NCBI GenBank assembly: GCA_028534125.1
Contig: CM052817.1
Location: 20,152,001-20,216,000, forward strand
Length of the DNA stretch: 64,000 nucleotides
Direction of reading: 5' to 3'
Origin: Lama glama
Taxonomy: Eukaryota
The notes under the pieces were generated by a model. It saw only the letters and a list, made by a program, of their open reading frames with translations. It was not told where the DNA came from and did not search any database. Of the stretch, positions 61,866-64,000 are shown piece after piece. A program made the position numbers and the translations under genes. Within the stretch, counting starts at the first letter, position 1. The number at the start of each line of letters is the position of its first letter.

Positions 61866-62599
61866 ATACAAATAATTCTCAGAATTGACAACAGCCTTGA
61901 TATTCAACAATTTAGTCCATGCACACACATACAGACATACACACGCACACACTAACAAACAAAAAACATACACTGGCCAACATTAAGTGCTCCTTCTTAA
62001 AAAGACAGTGTCATATCTAACACTTGTTTTGTTGTTTTGTTGGTTGAAACTCTCCCATTAGGGACTTTGCTTTATTGGTAACCCTCTTTTCCCAAAACAC
62101 CTTCACAAGAAAATGGCTGATTCAACTGTAGTTAAAGAATTTATGAGTCATGTGTACATACTTGTTTCTATTTTTCATTTTGTGCAGATCAATGGAAGTC
62201 AGCAGTTATGATACTTAAAAATCTAAAAAGCATTAAGTGCACTACCACATCGTAGGTCCAGAAGTGTTTCCATGTGTGTTTATCAGCTCTACTTATACAA
62301 AAACCTACAGCAAAACCATTCCAAAGAAGGGCTCCATTTTACCTCCTGCTCCTGGGAAGGGGGTGGGGGCATTTAGCTTGGGGGGCAAGTCAGATTAAAA
62401 TAAAAGGTAAAGAAATGGAGCACAGTCTTCCACAATGCCAGAAATAATATAGCCCTTGTTTAGAACTACTACTTCTTAAAGGCTGTGTGAAAAGCAAGAA
62501 CAACAACAAACAAAAACTATTTGATCCCAACAGCTTGCCTTTCACTCTTACTTGTCTGCTAAAAACCACAAATGAATTGTAATAAGGATAGATAATCAG

Positions 62600-63025
62600 T
62601 GTTTTTAGGTGACACCTTAAACTCAGAAAATGACCCATATTCAGTCCAATGTGCTTAGTTTGCTAGAGATTGGCTTTGAAGAGACCATAAGAGAAAATAC
62701 TTGGTGTTTCAGGGAACATTATTCCTTCCTGACGAAAGGGAGAGTAGTAAGAAAGGTCTCCTCCACACACTTCTTCCTTGCTGCTTTCAGATGTTGTTGA
62801 CTGAGGATGTGATACTGAAACTCCAGTGCCATCTGATGAATGGAGGAGCAGCCAGGATACTCAGCAGAATGCTTGGAAAGGATTCTATCATTCCATCACC
62901 GGAGCACCCTTTGCGGTATTCCCTACTTCTAGAATTTCTATTAAAGGAAAGCATGCAAGTGCCTACAATTGAAGCCAAAATTATTCAGATATTCTGCAAC
63001 TCGAAGGCAACACATCCTCACTGAG
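62600..63025 (+). mobile_element. Old MaLR LTR (MLT1J/K-like)
   Basis: gaggatgtgatactgaaactccagtgccatctg…cctacttctagaatttct…ttgaagcca…acacatcctcactga. Confidence 0.6.
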
Positions 63026-63579
63026 TCAGATGCCCACTTGGAAATCAGATTCAAGATTACACATGTTTGTTGCTTTTCTCCATTCTCTTATTCCACCAGG
63101 AAGCAGCTTTGGTTAATTTGTAAAATCAGAAAGAGTTTGAAGCCATAGGAAATATATAAATGATGATGGTTATGAAGATTGCTTGCCCTTGTTATGCCTG
63201 TTTGTAATTTTATCTGGTACCCTTCTTTTCTCTATTTCACTTACTTTTACTGCTTCATTTTCATGTGCTTTATACTATCAATTAACAGCAATTCATATTA
63301 CCATATTTTGTTGGACAAGATAAGAAATTACCCATGCTAATCCAAATAGCATAAAATTCAACTATCATTGAGAACACATGTATAGCATATAATTTTTTGC
63401 CTTATGTTTAATCTTTGAAATTATGCTCTATTTACCATGATATTAACATTACTTGGATTCCTTTACTGGTGCCAGTTGAGGACAGAGAGAAGACAAAGGT
63501 AGAGAGAAAACATTTAGAGGAAAGTCAGAGCATATCACAAAAATGCAACAAATTAGAAAGCTAGAAGATTAACGGTAAC

Positions 63580-63712
63580 TACTTAATACAATTTCATTCA
63601 TGAGAAAGCTAAGGATGAGAGACATAAAGCAGTGTCAATACCTGGTGGTGGTATAGTCAAGAAATGAATCCAGGTTCCTACTTATTGACATGGTCCTCTC
63701 TTGCATTACATG
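63580..63712 (-). mobile_element. MIR fragment
   Basis: atttcattcatgagaaagctaaggatgagagac…gaatccaggttcct…tctcttgcattacat. Confidence 0.55.
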
Positions 63713-64000
63713 GCTTGCTTTCAAATGGAGCATCTTGGATGTAACTTGATTTGCCCTGTTGATAAGCCAAGGCAAGTTAGCCTTACCCATGTAAAATATT
63801 AAATGAAGAGATGGATGCAGAAATGAGCTGAAAAAAAAAAGAGGGAAACTAAAATAGCGATTTTATTCAAAACAGTACAGATAGATTTTCTTTTTAATCC
63901 TCTCTTCTCCCAATTCTCCTATTTATGTATTACCTCTGGGCATTATCTTATTTAATTATAATTACTTGTTGATGTCTTCTTTTGTCTCTGTGTGTATTTT

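Noticed and set aside
1..64000. NUMT, snRNA/7SK/Y-RNA retrocopy, processed pseudogene or non-retroviral endogenous viral element
   Set aside because: None recognised by eye on either strand. A BLASTX/Rfam search of the repeat-masked sequence is needed to exclude highly degraded copies.

Overview
AT-rich, CpG-depleted mammalian genomic DNA with four assembly gaps (three of 500 N, one of 100 N). It is most likely camelid (alpaca, vicuna or camel), judging by a tRNA-Ala(AGC)-derived vic-1-type SINE at ~53.3 kb and the style of the young L1 3' ends. I can support no host protein-coding exon, functional RNA gene or CRISPR-like array. The only recognisable protein sequences in the ORF track are dead LINE-1 ORF2 C-terminal fragments. 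The window is a layered transposable-element landscape: young 5'-truncated L1s (several with TSDs), ancient L1M/L2/MIR, about 12 solo or partial LTRs (MaLR, ERVL, ERV1) and DNA-transposon MITEs (Tigger2-derived, MER58A, MER94), often nested. Family names come from recalled consensus sequences, not a database search, and boundaries of old elements are approximate. I found no convincing novel biological system. The best leads are: (1) a 10:2 LTR orientation bias plus strong minus-strand splice signals, hinting at an unannotated minus-strand (possibly LTR-driven) transcript; (2) an L1 5' terminus fused directly to late ORF2; (3) a small tandem duplication carrying two NF-kB consensus sites; (4) a bZIP/CTCF-like motif cluster.
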